Shown piece by piece: positions 20,997-30,156 of a stretch of 64,000 nt of DNA. This stretch comes from a virus: IMG/VR virus record IMGVR_UViG_3300032668_000017, positions 2,824 through 66,823 of that record; one strand, 5' to 3'. The notes under the pieces were generated by a model. The model had not been told where the DNA came from, did no database searches, and saw nothing but the letters and a program-made list of their open reading frames with translations. Numbering within the stretch: the stretch's first letter is position 1; every line of letters begins with the position of its first letter. The position numbers and the translations under genes are program-made.

Positions 20997-21054
20997 TAAA
21001 ATCTTGAATTGTGAGGCTAGGATATAAAGCCATGATTTTTTCGTATAAAGTCAT
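20893..21054 (-). CDS. Small fibre chaperone type b (XkdW-like, 53 aa)
   Basis: MTLYEKIM...LQNDSDGKGDYIAKWEHPTLARPT; translated by hand. Confidence 0.75.
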   Translation of the reverse strand: MTLYEKIMALYPSLTIQDFMTVITLQNDSDGKGDYIAKWEHPTLARPTAEQLA

Positions 21055-21548
21055 TATGCGCTCCTTACCATTGCTGCTTGGAAATAACTATTACTAATTC
21101 CACTTGAAAAAATTGGCAAGCTAGAAGCTACTTGCAATCCATATAACTCAACATAATCTGTTGTACCGTTCATGTAAATTAAAATAGTCATATTTGCAAG
21201 TGAAGCGGCAGGGGCACCAGCAGGATAAACTAAAGTTCCATATTTGAATAAAGAACTATTTTTATAAATTGCAATTTGAAATTGGCTATTTCCGCTTGAA
21301 GAATTAAAATAAATATTTCCTGTTACCTGATAATAACCAGCTACAGTTGGTGTAAAACGATAATTTGTGGTGTTATCGTAACAAGAAGCAGTATCAAATT
21401 CTTTTGTATTTGCGGCAAGTTTTGTCCATGTATTACTAGAGATAGATTGGTTTGTTCCTAAATAAGCACTAAAAGCTGGCATATTGCCAGATACCATTAC
21501 GGTTCCCGTAGACCCTGTAGAAGTTGCATCTATTACTGAGACTGACAT
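21054..21548 (-). CDS. Short C1q/TNF-like receptor-binding module (type B, short anchor)
   Basis: TGTVMVSGNMPAFSAY...YRFTPTVAGYY...NGTTDYVE. Confidence 0.75.
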   Translation of the reverse strand: MSVSVIDATSTGSTGTVMVSGNMPAFSAYLGTNQSISSNTWTKLAANTKEFDTASCYDNTTNYRFTPTVAGYYQVTGNIYFNSSSGNSQFQIAIYKNSSLFKYGTLVYPAGAPAASLANMTILIYMNGTTDYVELYGLQVASSLPIFSSGISNSYFQAAMVRSA

Positions 21549-21718
21549 TATGCTACTCCTTGTGTATCTGCTGGCTGGGCGACATTACCCTCAGATACCC
21601 ATTTTAGGTAAGCTTGGTAATCTGTGTTGTCAGGGTCAAAAGGAATAAATGCGCCATCTGACAATCTTTGAACAGTATCTGACTTTTGTGTAATTTGATT
21701 TTTAATTAACTTATACAT
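21548..21718 (-). CDS. Small fibre chaperone type a (56 aa)
   Basis: MYKLIK...[20 protein letters not shown]; translated by hand. Confidence 0.75.
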   Translation of the reverse strand: MYKLIKNQITQKSDTVQRLSDGAFIPFDPDNTDYQAYLKWVSEGNVAQPADTQGVA

Positions 21719-23062
21719 TTATAGCTCCGCAGAAGCGTTAAAACTTCCAGTTGTTCCGCTAAATACATAAGTATCTCCAGAGCCAGCAGAATTAAACCCT
21801 AAAGATGGACTATTTACTGTAGGGCCATTTGGGGCTAACGAATTGCTATTACTGTAAGTCCATGTGCCAGTAACAGTTATAGTTGGTATAGCCCTCATAG
21901 TTACAGGAAAATTATAATTTAATGGGTATGTGTATCCAGTACTTGTTGCATAATTTCTTCCAAAAATTCCAAGACTTGATGATGCTGGGCTACCTAAATA
22001 GTAATAACGCTGACATAAAGCTAACTCTTGACCATACTGTCTATATTCAAATCCAGTAGCACTACTTCCTACTTCTAGTTGAACACCAGTAATGTAGAAG
22101 GTTGCTCCGTTTGTTCCTACTACTGATGTTGCGCCTGTGACTGATACATAAGTAGAACCAGACCAAGAACCAGCAGTTCCGCTTAATGTTGAGCCTGTAC
22201 CCAAGCTGAAAAAAACACTAAATCCTTCGCCGTTTGTTGTTCCATAAGTTCCAGTTGTATCACCAGCAATAGTTATAAAAATTTGAGTCCATGTGTTTGC
22301 ACTAGAAATTGTGTAACTAAATGGATAAGACCTAGTTCCATTTGGTGCATTTAAAGCACCTCCAAAAGTTCCAGTTAGGCTTGATTGAACCCAAAAAGAA
22401 ACCGTTATAGTTTTAGCGTTAGCAGTCCCAAAGCCAAGGTCTGCTACGTTGTAGCCCTCAATAGGTTGTTGCAGACAAAACAATTCTCCGCTACCAACAG
22501 TATAGGAAGATAAAGAAGTAACTTTAATGCTGTTATTAAATCCCGCTGGTGCTGTTGTAACTTGTTGAACGCTATATTTTGATGATTGGCTTAATCTGGC
22601 TTTCCATCTATCTAATGTATATCCTTCTGCTGTAGGAGTAACACTAGCACCATTATTCCTTTGGTCAATAACCATCGCACCATTGATAATGCGGTTCTTC
22701 ATAATAGAAGCATTACCAGCTCCTAATGTTGCATAAGTCATTGGTAGCGCTGTTACAGTGCCAAAAGAACTATTTTGAACTGTGCCTTGGCTTGGAGCAA
22801 TAGTGTTAGTCTGTAAACTCGTGTATTCAACCCAAATGTTATTTGTGCCGCTTGGTGGAGCAGAAGTAAAAGTTAAAGTTGTACCAGATACAGTAAATGC
22901 ACTTGATGGGTTTTGAACTACGTTAGCTACAGAGACAATAATCTGCGCTGCAGATACAACTGAAACCGGTAAAGTAAATGCCGTAGTTGAGCCGTTGCCT
23001 GAAAAATAAGCAACTTGTGGGGCGTACTGCTGGACGGAGAGCGAATTGCCGAGATATGCCAT
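21719..23062 (-). CDS. Tail fibre type A with long anchor
   Basis: FSGNGSTTAFT anchor plus KNRIINGAMVIDQRN domain. Confidence 0.75.
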   Translation of the reverse strand: MAYLGNSLSVQQYAPQVAYFSGNGSTTAFTLPVSVVSAAQIIVSVANVVQNPSSAFTVSGTTLTFTSAPPSGTNNIWVEYTSLQTNTIAPSQGTVQNSSFGTVTALPMTYATLGAGNASIMKNRIINGAMVIDQRNNGASVTPTAEGYTLDRWKARLSQSSKYSVQQVTTAPAGFNNSIKVTSLSSYTVGSGELFCLQQPIEGYNVADLGFGTANAKTITVSFWVQSSLTGTFGGALNAPNGTRSYPFSYTISSANTWTQIFITIAGDTTGTYGTTNGEGFSVFFSLGTGSTLSGTAGSWSGSTYVSVTGATSVVGTNGATFYITGVQLEVGSSATGFEYRQYGQELALCQRYYYLGSPASSSLGIFGRNYATSTGYTYPLNYNFPVTMRAIPTITVTGTWTYSNSNSLAPNGPTVNSPSLGFNSAGSGDTYVFSGTTGSFNASAEL

Positions 23063-23063
23063 G

Positions 23064-23390
23064 TTATACCGCTGTCAAAGCTGAAATCCAAACATCACCA
23101 GAAGTGGCTGCGCTATTTACTACAGATAATGAATCACTTGCAATCATAACTACTCTATTGCCTTGAATGACCTCAATTGAACCGCCAACAGGAATAGTGG
23201 CTTGATAAACCAAATAATAGTTCACTGAGCTGCGAGTAATATATACCGAAGTTGTAATAGGAGCATTAGTTGTATTTGATACGATGCAGCTAGAAATAGC
23301 AACTGTACCTGAGGAGATACTAGAAATTACAGTAGAGGCTGATGTGCCTACGTTCTTTGCTGCATACGAGGTATTTGAATAAGTAGTCAT
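23064..23390 (-). CDS. Small virion structural protein
   Basis: Ser/Thr/Val-rich beta protein in tail operon. Confidence 0.6.
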   Translation of the reverse strand: MTTYSNTSYAAKNVGTSASTVISSISSGTVAISSCIVSNTTNAPITTSVYITRSSVNYYLVYQATIPVGGSIEVIQGNRVVMIASDSLSVVNSAATSGDVWISALTAV

Positions 23391-23391
23391 G

Positions 23392-24264
23392 TTAGCCCAT
23401 CATAAATGATAAAAAGTACGCAACGTCATTAGAAGCGCCAGCAGCCCAAACTGGGGGTGTGCTTGAACCTTGCGAAGTTAAAACCTGTCCAGTCGAACCA
23501 TACTGTCCGTTAAATGCCACCGCACTAGCAGCATTAATTGTCATCGCATCGGTAGCAGCATTATTAATCGTAAAGTGAATAGCGTTTGAGCTATTTGTAC
23601 CAACAGTTAAGTCAGTACTTTGCGCATATAAATACACCATGCTAGGCGAATTTAGAGGTCCAGTCCCTGTATAAGTAGAACTATTAATACCAAAGTCGCC
23701 ATAGTTTGTTGAAGCTGTGCCGCCATCAGAACTTACAATATAGTCTGCAGAAGCTGCTGTGCCATTTAAACTATTTTGGATAATCATCTGGGCGTAACTA
23801 TTTACGCTAGTTTGATAAGAAGCAAAAATGCCTGTATCCGAATAAGTTAAAGTACCGTAGTTGTATGGCCCTTTGTTTGTAGAACCTGTAGTACTAGCAG
23901 TTGTTGTAAGGCTGTTCAGCGACGCAGACGAACCAGTATAGATTGAGGTTTCGGCTGGATATGTACAAAATACCGTTAATGAATTTGATGTACTAAAACT
24001 AACTTTAGATGGCTGTGTGCCCGCACTATTTGCATAAACTGTAGTGCGCTGTAAAGTGTTTGGGGTACCAGATACGATTGTGCCAAGACCCACTTCCCAT
24101 GTATATCCAGCAGGGTCGTAGATTGTGTAATAGGTTGTGTTGCCGTTACCAATGCCCGAGACAAAAGACTGATAGCCGTTAACAGCGCCAGCTAAATTAA
24201 CAGTCCCTGTACCGGTAGATACTGTACCGGTTTCTTGTACTCGGTCAGCAACAATAAAGGTCAT
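23392..24264 (-). CDS. Tail fibre/adaptor protein
   Basis: ADRVQETG...GTG N-terminal anchor; GQVLTSQG fibre motif. Confidence 0.6.
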   Translation of the reverse strand: MTFIVADRVQETGTVSTGTGTVNLAGAVNGYQSFVSGIGNGNTTYYTIYDPAGYTWEVGLGTIVSGTPNTLQRTTVYANSAGTQPSKVSFSTSNSLTVFCTYPAETSIYTGSSASLNSLTTTASTTGSTNKGPYNYGTLTYSDTGIFASYQTSVNSYAQMIIQNSLNGTAASADYIVSSDGGTASTNYGDFGINSSTYTGTGPLNSPSMVYLYAQSTDLTVGTNSSNAIHFTINNAATDAMTINAASAVAFNGQYGSTGQVLTSQGSSTPPVWAAGASNDVAYFLSFMMG

Positions 24265-24273
24265 TTAAAACCC

Positions 24274-24885
24274 TTAGCTTGTTGCGGTGGTGTTATAAGT
24301 TACGGTTACGGTATCGCCAGCAGTAACAGTTTTAGAAACAGAGAATCCACCTGCGCTCCACAATGTACCTGTGGTAGAACTAATTGTTGAAGAAGCGCCT
24401 GAACCTGTAACTAAGAAGCATCCTGTAACAGTACCGCCAGCACCAGTAATAGTATATGTAACGGCAGTAGCTGCGCTAGTTACAACGTTTCCACCAGAAG
24501 AAGTTACGTTATTACCAGTAGCGGTAGTAAATACAGCTGTACCACGAACTGCGGAACCACCAACTGTGTAGTTAGTAAATTCAGTCCAGTCGCTGTGTGA
24601 AGCCATTGTATCTGTTGGGCTGTAACCTGTAGAAGAAGAAATCAAACCAAGGTATGGGCCAACCAGTGTATATCCTGATGCGGTATACAACAAAGTATTC
24701 ATTGCAAGAATCTTACCTACTTGCATTACTTGGTTTTCAAAACCGTCTTCCCATTTAACGCTACCATCTGCATCACGGCAGACTACATGGTAAAAGCCTT
24801 CAGCGGCTACGTTTTCGATATTGGTGGTGTTAGCTTGTAGGGTCGCCACTGCGTGGTCGCCGTTACCAACAAATTCTTTTTGCAT
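24274..24885 (-). CDS. Virion structural protein
   Basis: Thr/Gly/Ser-rich, 203 aa, in structural operon. Confidence 0.6.
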   Translation of the reverse strand: MQKEFVGNGDHAVATLQANTTNIENVAAEGFYHVVCRDADGSVKWEDGFENQVMQVGKILAMNTLLYTASGYTLVGPYLGLISSSTGYSPTDTMASHSDWTEFTNYTVGGSAVRGTAVFTTATGNNVTSSGGNVVTSAATAVTYTITGAGGTVTGCFLVTGSGASSTISSTTGTLWSAGGFSVSKTVTAGDTVTVTYNTTATS

Positions 24886-24893
24886 AAAAGCTC

Positions 24894-25334
24894 CTAACTA
24901 ATTCTAATAATGGCGGTTGTCGCCGTGGGGGTTGGGAATGTTACAGTAAAAGTTCCTGCCGATGTGTTCGTTTTATCCGAACCAAAATCCAAAACCGCTA
25001 CCGCTGCACCAGTAGTACTATTATATATTAAGGCACACCTAGCAGTAAAGCTGGCTCCAGTCCAAACAACGGGGGCAAATGAAATATAGGAAGTGTTTGA
25101 ATCGGTGTTACCTACGGGTACTTGAGTGATTGTTAGGGGTTTTCCCCCTGCCGTATAACCAGCGCCTGTAACTTCATTAGCCGTTGTGTAAGCGGTTGTA
25201 GCGTTGTTTAATACTGCGTTACCGGTATAGAGGGCGATATTGTAGGTGTATGGGGTTCCAACAGCAAAATTTTCCAACCCGCTGAGCAGGTTGGTTTTAA
25301 ATGTAGTTGTTTGGCCTTGAACAATGTTGGACAT
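24894..25334 (-). CDS. Virion structural protein
   Basis: IALYT...NEVTGAGYTAGG...VAVLDFGSDK motif common in phage tail regions. Confidence 0.65.
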   Translation of the reverse strand: MSNIVQGQTTTFKTNLLSGLENFAVGTPYTYNIALYTGNAVLNNATTAYTTANEVTGAGYTAGGKPLTITQVPVGNTDSNTSYISFAPVVWTGASFTARCALIYNSTTGAAVAVLDFGSDKTNTSAGTFTVTFPTPTATTAIIRIS

Positions 25335-26254
25335 TATGAACCTCTACCACCAACATTAATTTTAAGCTGCCCATCTCTGTAGAAGTCGCCACGCTCCATA
25401 CCATCTGCAAGGCGTTTGAGCTGGGATAAAGACTCTTGGTACTTGTCTTCATAATACTTAACCAAATCGGCTTCACCCTTCATAAACAGCATGGCTTCAC
25501 GCATAGCCCCATAGAATAAAACTGGATCGTAGTTATTGCCAAGCCAGCTTTGGCCAGTAGCATTTGATATGACGCTTACTGTAACAGAAAAGCCGCTGCC
25601 AGTATTACCAAGGGAAGAACAAGAAAGAATATCGCCCACGACATAAAAGTTGCCGCCAAAAGTAATGCTACAGGATGTGACGACACCTCCAACAATAACA
25701 ATATCTGCTGTAGCATTAGCACCCGAACCTCCAGTTAAAGGAACATTTTGATATATACCGTTGGTGTATAAAGAACCGCCAACTAGAGAATTAACTGTAA
25801 CAATTTGACCCTGAACAATCGTTGGTGGGTAATAGAAATAGTGCATCTCTACTGTGTAGTTTTGGTCTGGGGTAGGTGCTAGAAGATAAGTCATATCCTC
25901 TAAATTAGAAATCTGGCTACCAAACAAAGCGTAGTATTTTGGTAAACCCGTAGCAGTAGCTGTTGGGTATGCTTCGCGCAGAAAGTTAACATCTTTACTT
26001 AAAAGGTAGTTATAGCTACCAGAAGAATCAATAACCGCAATAGAATAATTAGCCAGCCAGTCAGTAGGTAAAGCTACATAAGGGTTAGATGCTGTAAGAG
26101 TACCTGTGACATTTTTACGTAATGAAGGTAGGTTAACGCTGTTGTATATACGGTCTTCAGCCTGCTGAATAAAAACAGGGATACTAGCTACGAATAGCTG
26201 CTCTGTATTCTCGGCGTAAGCTTGTATGTTGTTATACAGCGTTTCGTAATTCAT
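25334..26254 (-). CDS. Head-tail adaptor/tail tubular protein with internal beta-domain insertion
   Basis: FIQQAEDRI, PKYYA, LAPTPDQNY and LFYGAM motifs; Gly-rich insert in the middle. Confidence 0.6.
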   Translation of the reverse strand: MNYETLYNNIQAYAENTEQLFVASIPVFIQQAEDRIYNSVNLPSLRKNVTGTLTASNPYVALPTDWLANYSIAVIDSSGSYNYLLSKDVNFLREAYPTATATGLPKYYALFGSQISNLEDMTYLLAPTPDQNYTVEMHYFYYPPTIVQGQIVTVNSLVGGSLYTNGIYQNVPLTGGSGANATADIVIVGGVVTSCSITFGGNFYVVGDILSCSSLGNTGSGFSVTVSVISNATGQSWLGNNYDPVLFYGAMREAMLFMKGEADLVKYYEDKYQESLSQLKRLADGMERGDFYRDGQLKINVGGRGS

Positions 26255-26496
26255 TAGGCTAACGGACCTCTAGAAGTAAAGCCTTTAGTAGCAGCACCTT
26301 TACCACGTTGCGCTACGCCATCAGTTTTAGTTTTAGCGTAGTTACCCTTAGTAGTTGTGCCTGCACCAATATTGGCGTTATTCATAAACTCTGCGCCGGT
26401 TTCTACTGACTCTGCTGGCAGTTCATTTCCGACAGTTTTACCACTCATTGTGTGTGGCTTAGCGTATGTGCTTGCTGGTTTGTTATTAATAGCCAT
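26254..26496 (-). CDS. Small basic virion-associated protein
   Basis: RGKGAATKG motif; translationally coupled to neighbour. Confidence 0.6.
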   Translation of the reverse strand: MAINNKPASTYAKPHTMSGKTVGNELPAESVETGAEFMNNANIGAGTTTKGNYAKTKTDGVAQRGKGAATKGFTSRGPLA

Positions 26497-26498
26497 GA

Positions 26499-26693
26499 TT
26501 ATTTTCCGTTAGCAGATACTTTAGCCAAGCCACGTCCGACAGCTTCCATTTTATTCTGGTCGATGCCGCCAGCAGTACCTTTGCCAACTTTTTTACCTAC
26601 TTCAATGCCGACGCTTGCGCCGTCATCACCTAAATTTCTACCTTTGGTTTTACCCTTGCTTGTAATTCCATCGGCTGCGCTTCTATATCCCAT
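26499..26693 (-). CDS. Small basic protein
   Basis: DGITSKGKTKG motif; RBS AGGAG. Confidence 0.6.
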   Translation of the reverse strand: MGYRSAADGITSKGKTKGRNLGDDGASVGIEVGKKVGKGTAGGIDQNKMEAVGRGLAKVSANGK

Positions 26694-26702
26694 GTTCTAC
26701 TC

Positions 26703-27080
26703 CTAGTTAATTGTTACTGTTCCAACCTGCCCTTGACCCACTAAATAGTTAGGCGTTTCATTATAGTCGTAGCCCTGTCCTACAGGATTCCAACCCCACT
26801 GTGTATCGCGACTACCACCACCTTGATAGTTATAAGCCGTCAAACCTGATGCCACATAACTATTATCCCGTCTTGGCTCCCTAACCGCTTGTGGGTCGTT
26901 AACGGGGTACATACCTAACTGCAATTGTGGGTGATCTGGGTCCCAGCAGGTCTTACAAACTTTTAACTGATACGGTTTGGTCTTAATAATCTCCGTACGT
27001 AGTTCAGTTAGTTTATACCTAAAATCACACCTATCACACTGCGCAATTGCATATTTACCGGATGAAAACTTATTAGGCAT
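26703..27080 (-). CDS. Zinc-finger protein
   Basis: CDRC...CKTCWDPDHPQ. Confidence 0.65.
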   Translation of the reverse strand: MPNKFSSGKYAIAQCDRCDFRYKLTELRTEIIKTKPYQLKVCKTCWDPDHPQLQLGMYPVNDPQAVREPRRDNSYVASGLTAYNYQGGGSRDTQWGWNPVGQGYDYNETPNYLVGQGQVGTVTIN

Positions 27081-27577
27081 TATACTACCTCAAACCTATT
27101 TTTCTTACTTATATTTTCAACACCACGTATAAACCATAAATTGTTCGGAGTGTGTAGTCCAGATACTTTTTCTCCCTGTAGTGGAATAATGTGGTCCACA
27201 TGCCACGGTTCTTTGTTTTCACGTGTTAACATGGCGGCGACTTGATACAAGCAGCTTATTTTTAGTTTATCAAAAGCAGTCAACCAAACTGGCGTACGCT
27301 GTTTAACAATCTTTTTGCGTGCTGCGACACGTGCATTAATTTTTCCTTTATTTGCTTGACGGTACTGGCGTTTCTGAGCTAGTATTTTTTCTTTATGCTT
27401 TTCGTAATGTTTCTTTTTATACGCAGGTTTACTTGAACGCTTATTGTGTATGTCGCATTGTAGGCAGCATCTATCATTAACCCTACGTTTACTTAAATGC
27501 CCATTAACGCAGGGTCTTCCTGTAAAATAGTGCGTTAAACCTAAAGCAGCCGCTTCAACACGCTCAATAATGTCCAT
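27080..27577 (-). CDS. HNH homing endonuclease
   Basis: YFTGRPCVNGH N-terminal Zn motif; WHVDHIIPL...GLH...N...N. Confidence 0.85.
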   Translation of the reverse strand: MDIIERVEAAALGLTHYFTGRPCVNGHLSKRRVNDRCCLQCDIHNKRSSKPAYKKKHYEKHKEKILAQKRQYRQANKGKINARVAARKKIVKQRTPVWLTAFDKLKISCLYQVAAMLTRENKEPWHVDHIIPLQGEKVSGLHTPNNLWFIRGVENISKKNRFEVV

Positions 27578-28332
27578 TAGCCACCCCCGAGGAACATCCT
27601 ACGAGGCACAAACCGAACCGGTGCTTTTTCTCTATCTTCTTCGGCAGCCAACTGGAACTGCTGCTCATAGTCGGCTTTTAAACCCGCAATTCGTTGGGGG
27701 TCCATATTTGGTAACTTCATGGAAAGGTAATATGCTAAACCAGCTACCATGCAGTTTAAAAAGCGGAAAGGAATATCTTGGGTATTCACACCTGTACCAT
27801 CGTCTTGAATACGACGCAAACGCCAGTAAACAAAAGTATAGGTTTGAGAACCATCTGGCGTAGGCCAGACTGTGATTTTGGGAGCGTCTACACCGCCTGA
27901 ATTAACGCCATTTGGATTGGTGGTGCTTGGGTATGTTGCGCCTGACATACGTTGAATCCAGACCTGAATAGGACGTCCTTGGCTCAGTTTATTTGGGATT
28001 GTGGCGTATGTTGATACGCTGATGCGGCTAATGTTGATATCTGTCTGTGTCGCCTGCTGACCGGCATTTGTACGGATCTGGTGTTCTAAAAGGTCGATTG
28101 TGTCAATTGGCAAGTCATATGTGTTTTGACCTTGAACAAGAGTAATCTGCCCCTGCTCAATAGTCCACATGTTAATGCCACGATTTGCCCACTCAATAGT
28201 AAGCAAATTCAAAGAACGACGCGCAGTCCTAAAGTCATAGCCAGTACGCAGCTCAGCACCACAACGCTCAAAAGCGTCTTCAATCAGTTCCGATAAATCT
28301 AGATTAAACGACGAGGTGCCAGAAGTTGTCAT
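27577..28332 (-). CDS. Head-tail connector (P22 gp4-like adaptor)
   Basis: IEDAFERCG...ARRSLNLL...WANRG; VWPTPD; GLAYYL. Confidence 0.65.
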   Translation of the reverse strand: MTTSGTSSFNLDLSELIEDAFERCGAELRTGYDFRTARRSLNLLTIEWANRGINMWTIEQGQITLVQGQNTYDLPIDTIDLLEHQIRTNAGQQATQTDINISRISVSTYATIPNKLSQGRPIQVWIQRMSGATYPSTTNPNGVNSGGVDAPKITVWPTPDGSQTYTFVYWRLRRIQDDGTGVNTQDIPFRFLNCMVAGLAYYLSMKLPNMDPQRIAGLKADYEQQFQLAAEEDREKAPVRFVPRRMFLGGG

Positions 28333-28565
28333 TACTTTGCCTTTTTAGCAACTTTAGTTGCTTTTTTAACAACAGTTTTTTTGGCTGGAGTCTTTTTAGC
28401 TGGACGAGTTGTAGCCTTGCGTACGTATTTACGCTTAGGACGTGGCTGAAAATCTTCTGATACTGGGAAAGGCCAAGCCGCAATCTCCGCTTTAGGAAAA
28501 ACCAATTCTTCCTGCGGCTTTTGAAACAAGCTCATCACCCATGCAAAAACGCTACGTAATCTCAT
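28332..28565 (-). CDS. Small Lys-rich protein with histone H1-like tail
   Basis: PAKKTPAKKTVVKKATKVAKKAK. Confidence 0.6.
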   Translation of the reverse strand: MRLRSVFAWVMSLFQKPQEELVFPKAEIAAWPFPVSEDFQPRPKRKYVRKATTRPAKKTPAKKTVVKKATKVAKKAK

Positions 28566-28798
28566 TTTTTCCTTGCTGCTCTCATGTTATCGACTAAATT
28601 AGGATAAGGTCTGCCAGCCGCTTTAGCCATAGCTTTTGCGCTAGACTTTTTGGCTTCCGACATTTTTTTTGGTTTGCCTAATCCTTTTGGGCGCGGCTTA
28701 TCCCAAACCTTACCGCCATCTTTTAGCATAACGGCGCTTTTGTTTTCTTTAGGTCTTTTAGATGGAAGCATTGCCCCCATCCCGCGACTAGCTTTCAT
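28562..28798 (-). CDS. Small basic protein
   Basis: SRGMGA, LKDGGKV and AGRPYPNLVDNM motifs. Confidence 0.65.
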   Translation of the reverse strand: MKASRGMGAMLPSKRPKENKSAVMLKDGGKVWDKPRPKGLGKPKKMSEAKKSSAKAMAKAAGRPYPNLVDNMRAARKK

Positions 28799-28801
28799 TG
28801 T

Positions 28802-28996
28802 TTACTTCTTGCCCATGTAGCCGCCGCCGCACATTTTTTCTACGTGGTCGTCGTGAATCATATGACCTGCGCTGTGCTCGCCAAAAACTTCAGCATGTGG
28901 CTTGTGACCAGAAGCGTGCATCTTCATTGATTTAGCCAGTGTTTCGTGTTTGATGTTTTCTACACCAGACTCGAGGGGTGCGTGATCCATTTTCAT
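28802..28996 (-). CDS. Small His-rich protein
   Basis: 64 aa, coupled to neighbours, ends MCGGGYMGKK. Confidence 0.55.
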   Translation of the reverse strand: MKMDHAPLESGVENIKHETLAKSMKMHASGHKPHAEVFGEHSAGHMIHDDHVEKMCGGGYMGKK

Positions 28997-29571
28997 ACCA
29001 TTCTTCCTTTTGTTAAACCTTTAGTTGCAATACCACAGCCCTTTACAGAGCCACCTTTTTTAAGGGTAATCTTAGTGCCCTTGCCACCTTTGTGTTCTTG
29101 AGCGTCGTGCTCTTTGAACGCTTTCTTAATCATAGCAATGTCTTGTTTCTTATCCATTGCCATTTCTTTTTTTGATTCTGATTTGGATTCTTTTTCCATA
29201 ACTTTACCGCCTTTTTTCATGCCGTCTTCTACATTTTTTGGGTTAAAAGGCTCATCGGTTTTAACGCCATGTTGTTTTTGCATTGCCATAATTTTTCCGC
29301 CTCGTTTCTTTCCAATAAACTTGTTTAAGTTAATATCAGGTACACCTTTTGATGCCCCCAAAACGCTACCCATTCTGGTCTCTTGACGGTTGATCATTCC
29401 TTTACCACCACGAGTTATTGACGGGCTACCGCCCATACCAAACTTACGACCTTTGTCAGCTTTTAAAAACTCTTCGCCAACAGATGCTTTAATCCCTACC
29501 TTCTTAGCAAAAGCTGGATTCTTAGCGATTGCTGCCATGAAGTTGTGCTGTTTTTTGGAAGTGCTAGGCAC
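28993..29571 (-). CDS. Lys-rich internal virion-like protein
   Basis: MPSTSKKQHNFM start; repeated xKKGG motifs. Confidence 0.65.
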   Translation of the reverse strand: MPSTSKKQHNFMAAIAKNPAFAKKVGIKASVGEEFLKADKGRKFGMGGSPSITRGGKGMINRQETRMGSVLGASKGVPDINLNKFIGKKRGGKIMAMQKQHGVKTDEPFNPKNVEDGMKKGGKVMEKESKSESKKEMAMDKKQDIAMIKKAFKEHDAQEHKGGKGTKITLKKGGSVKGCGIATKGLTKGRMV

Positions 29572-29908
29572 GAGTCTTACCTCTTTGCGCTATACCGTCA
29601 TGGTGCTTAAACAGCTTAACTTTACCGCCTTTTTTGTAGTTAGCTTTTGGATTAGGCATCAACATTCCGTGCATCATTTCCATATCTGCTCCGCCACCGC
29701 CAGCTCCTGCTCCACCGCGTGATGCAGCCATTTTAATTGCTTTTTTCTCGTATGGGGCTAGTGTACGTGAATCTGAACGGTTTCTTGCAACTTCATTTTC
29801 TATTCTGCTTTCACCCATTCTATTTGGGCTGTACTCATCAGAAGGTGCTTGCGCACCAGCCACAGTTATTTTTGCGCCCGGATATTTAGAAGCTAAATCA
29901 TCTGCCAT
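29564..29908 (-). CDS. Small basic protein
   Basis: YKKGGKV...DGIAQRGKTRA. Confidence 0.6.
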   Translation of the reverse strand: MADDLASKYPGAKITVAGAQAPSDEYSPNRMGESRIENEVARNRSDSRTLAPYEKKAIKMAASRGGAGAGGGGADMEMMHGMLMPNPKANYKKGGKVKLFKHHDGIAQRGKTRA

Positions 29909-30156
29909 TACTTACTCCAGAATCCTTGAAACAAATTAGCCATAATAGCACCAATTAAAGCTGCAGCGCCGCCAACACCAAGTAACAATCTCCAACCGCC
30001 ATGAGCTTCAGCCAAAGTTTTTTGAATGGCTTGAATAGCAGTTTTAATTTCAGACATCTCTTTTACCATCTTGTCCATGTCAGCCTGCAAGTGCTCAATA
30101 TCGTTGGCGTGTGTGGCTAGTTCTCTAGCCGTTGAAATTGGATCAATGTCACTCAT
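29908..30156 (-). CDS. Coiled-coil protein with C-terminal TM helix (XhlA/holin-like)
   Basis: Coiled coil followed by GGWRLLLGVGGAAALIGAIM; ATG at 30156 overlaps upstream stop. Confidence 0.55.
   Translation of the reverse strand: MSDIDPISTARELATHANDIEHLQADMDKMVKEMSEIKTAIQAIQKTLAEAHGGWRLLLGVGGAAALIGAIMANLFQGFWSK

Noticed and set aside
18018-23062. Diversity-generating retroelement or invertase shufflon as the explanation for the fibre repeats
   Set aside because: No reverse transcriptase or site-specific recombinase is in the window. The repeats are direct, lie in coding genes, and show no adenine-specific TR/VR pattern.
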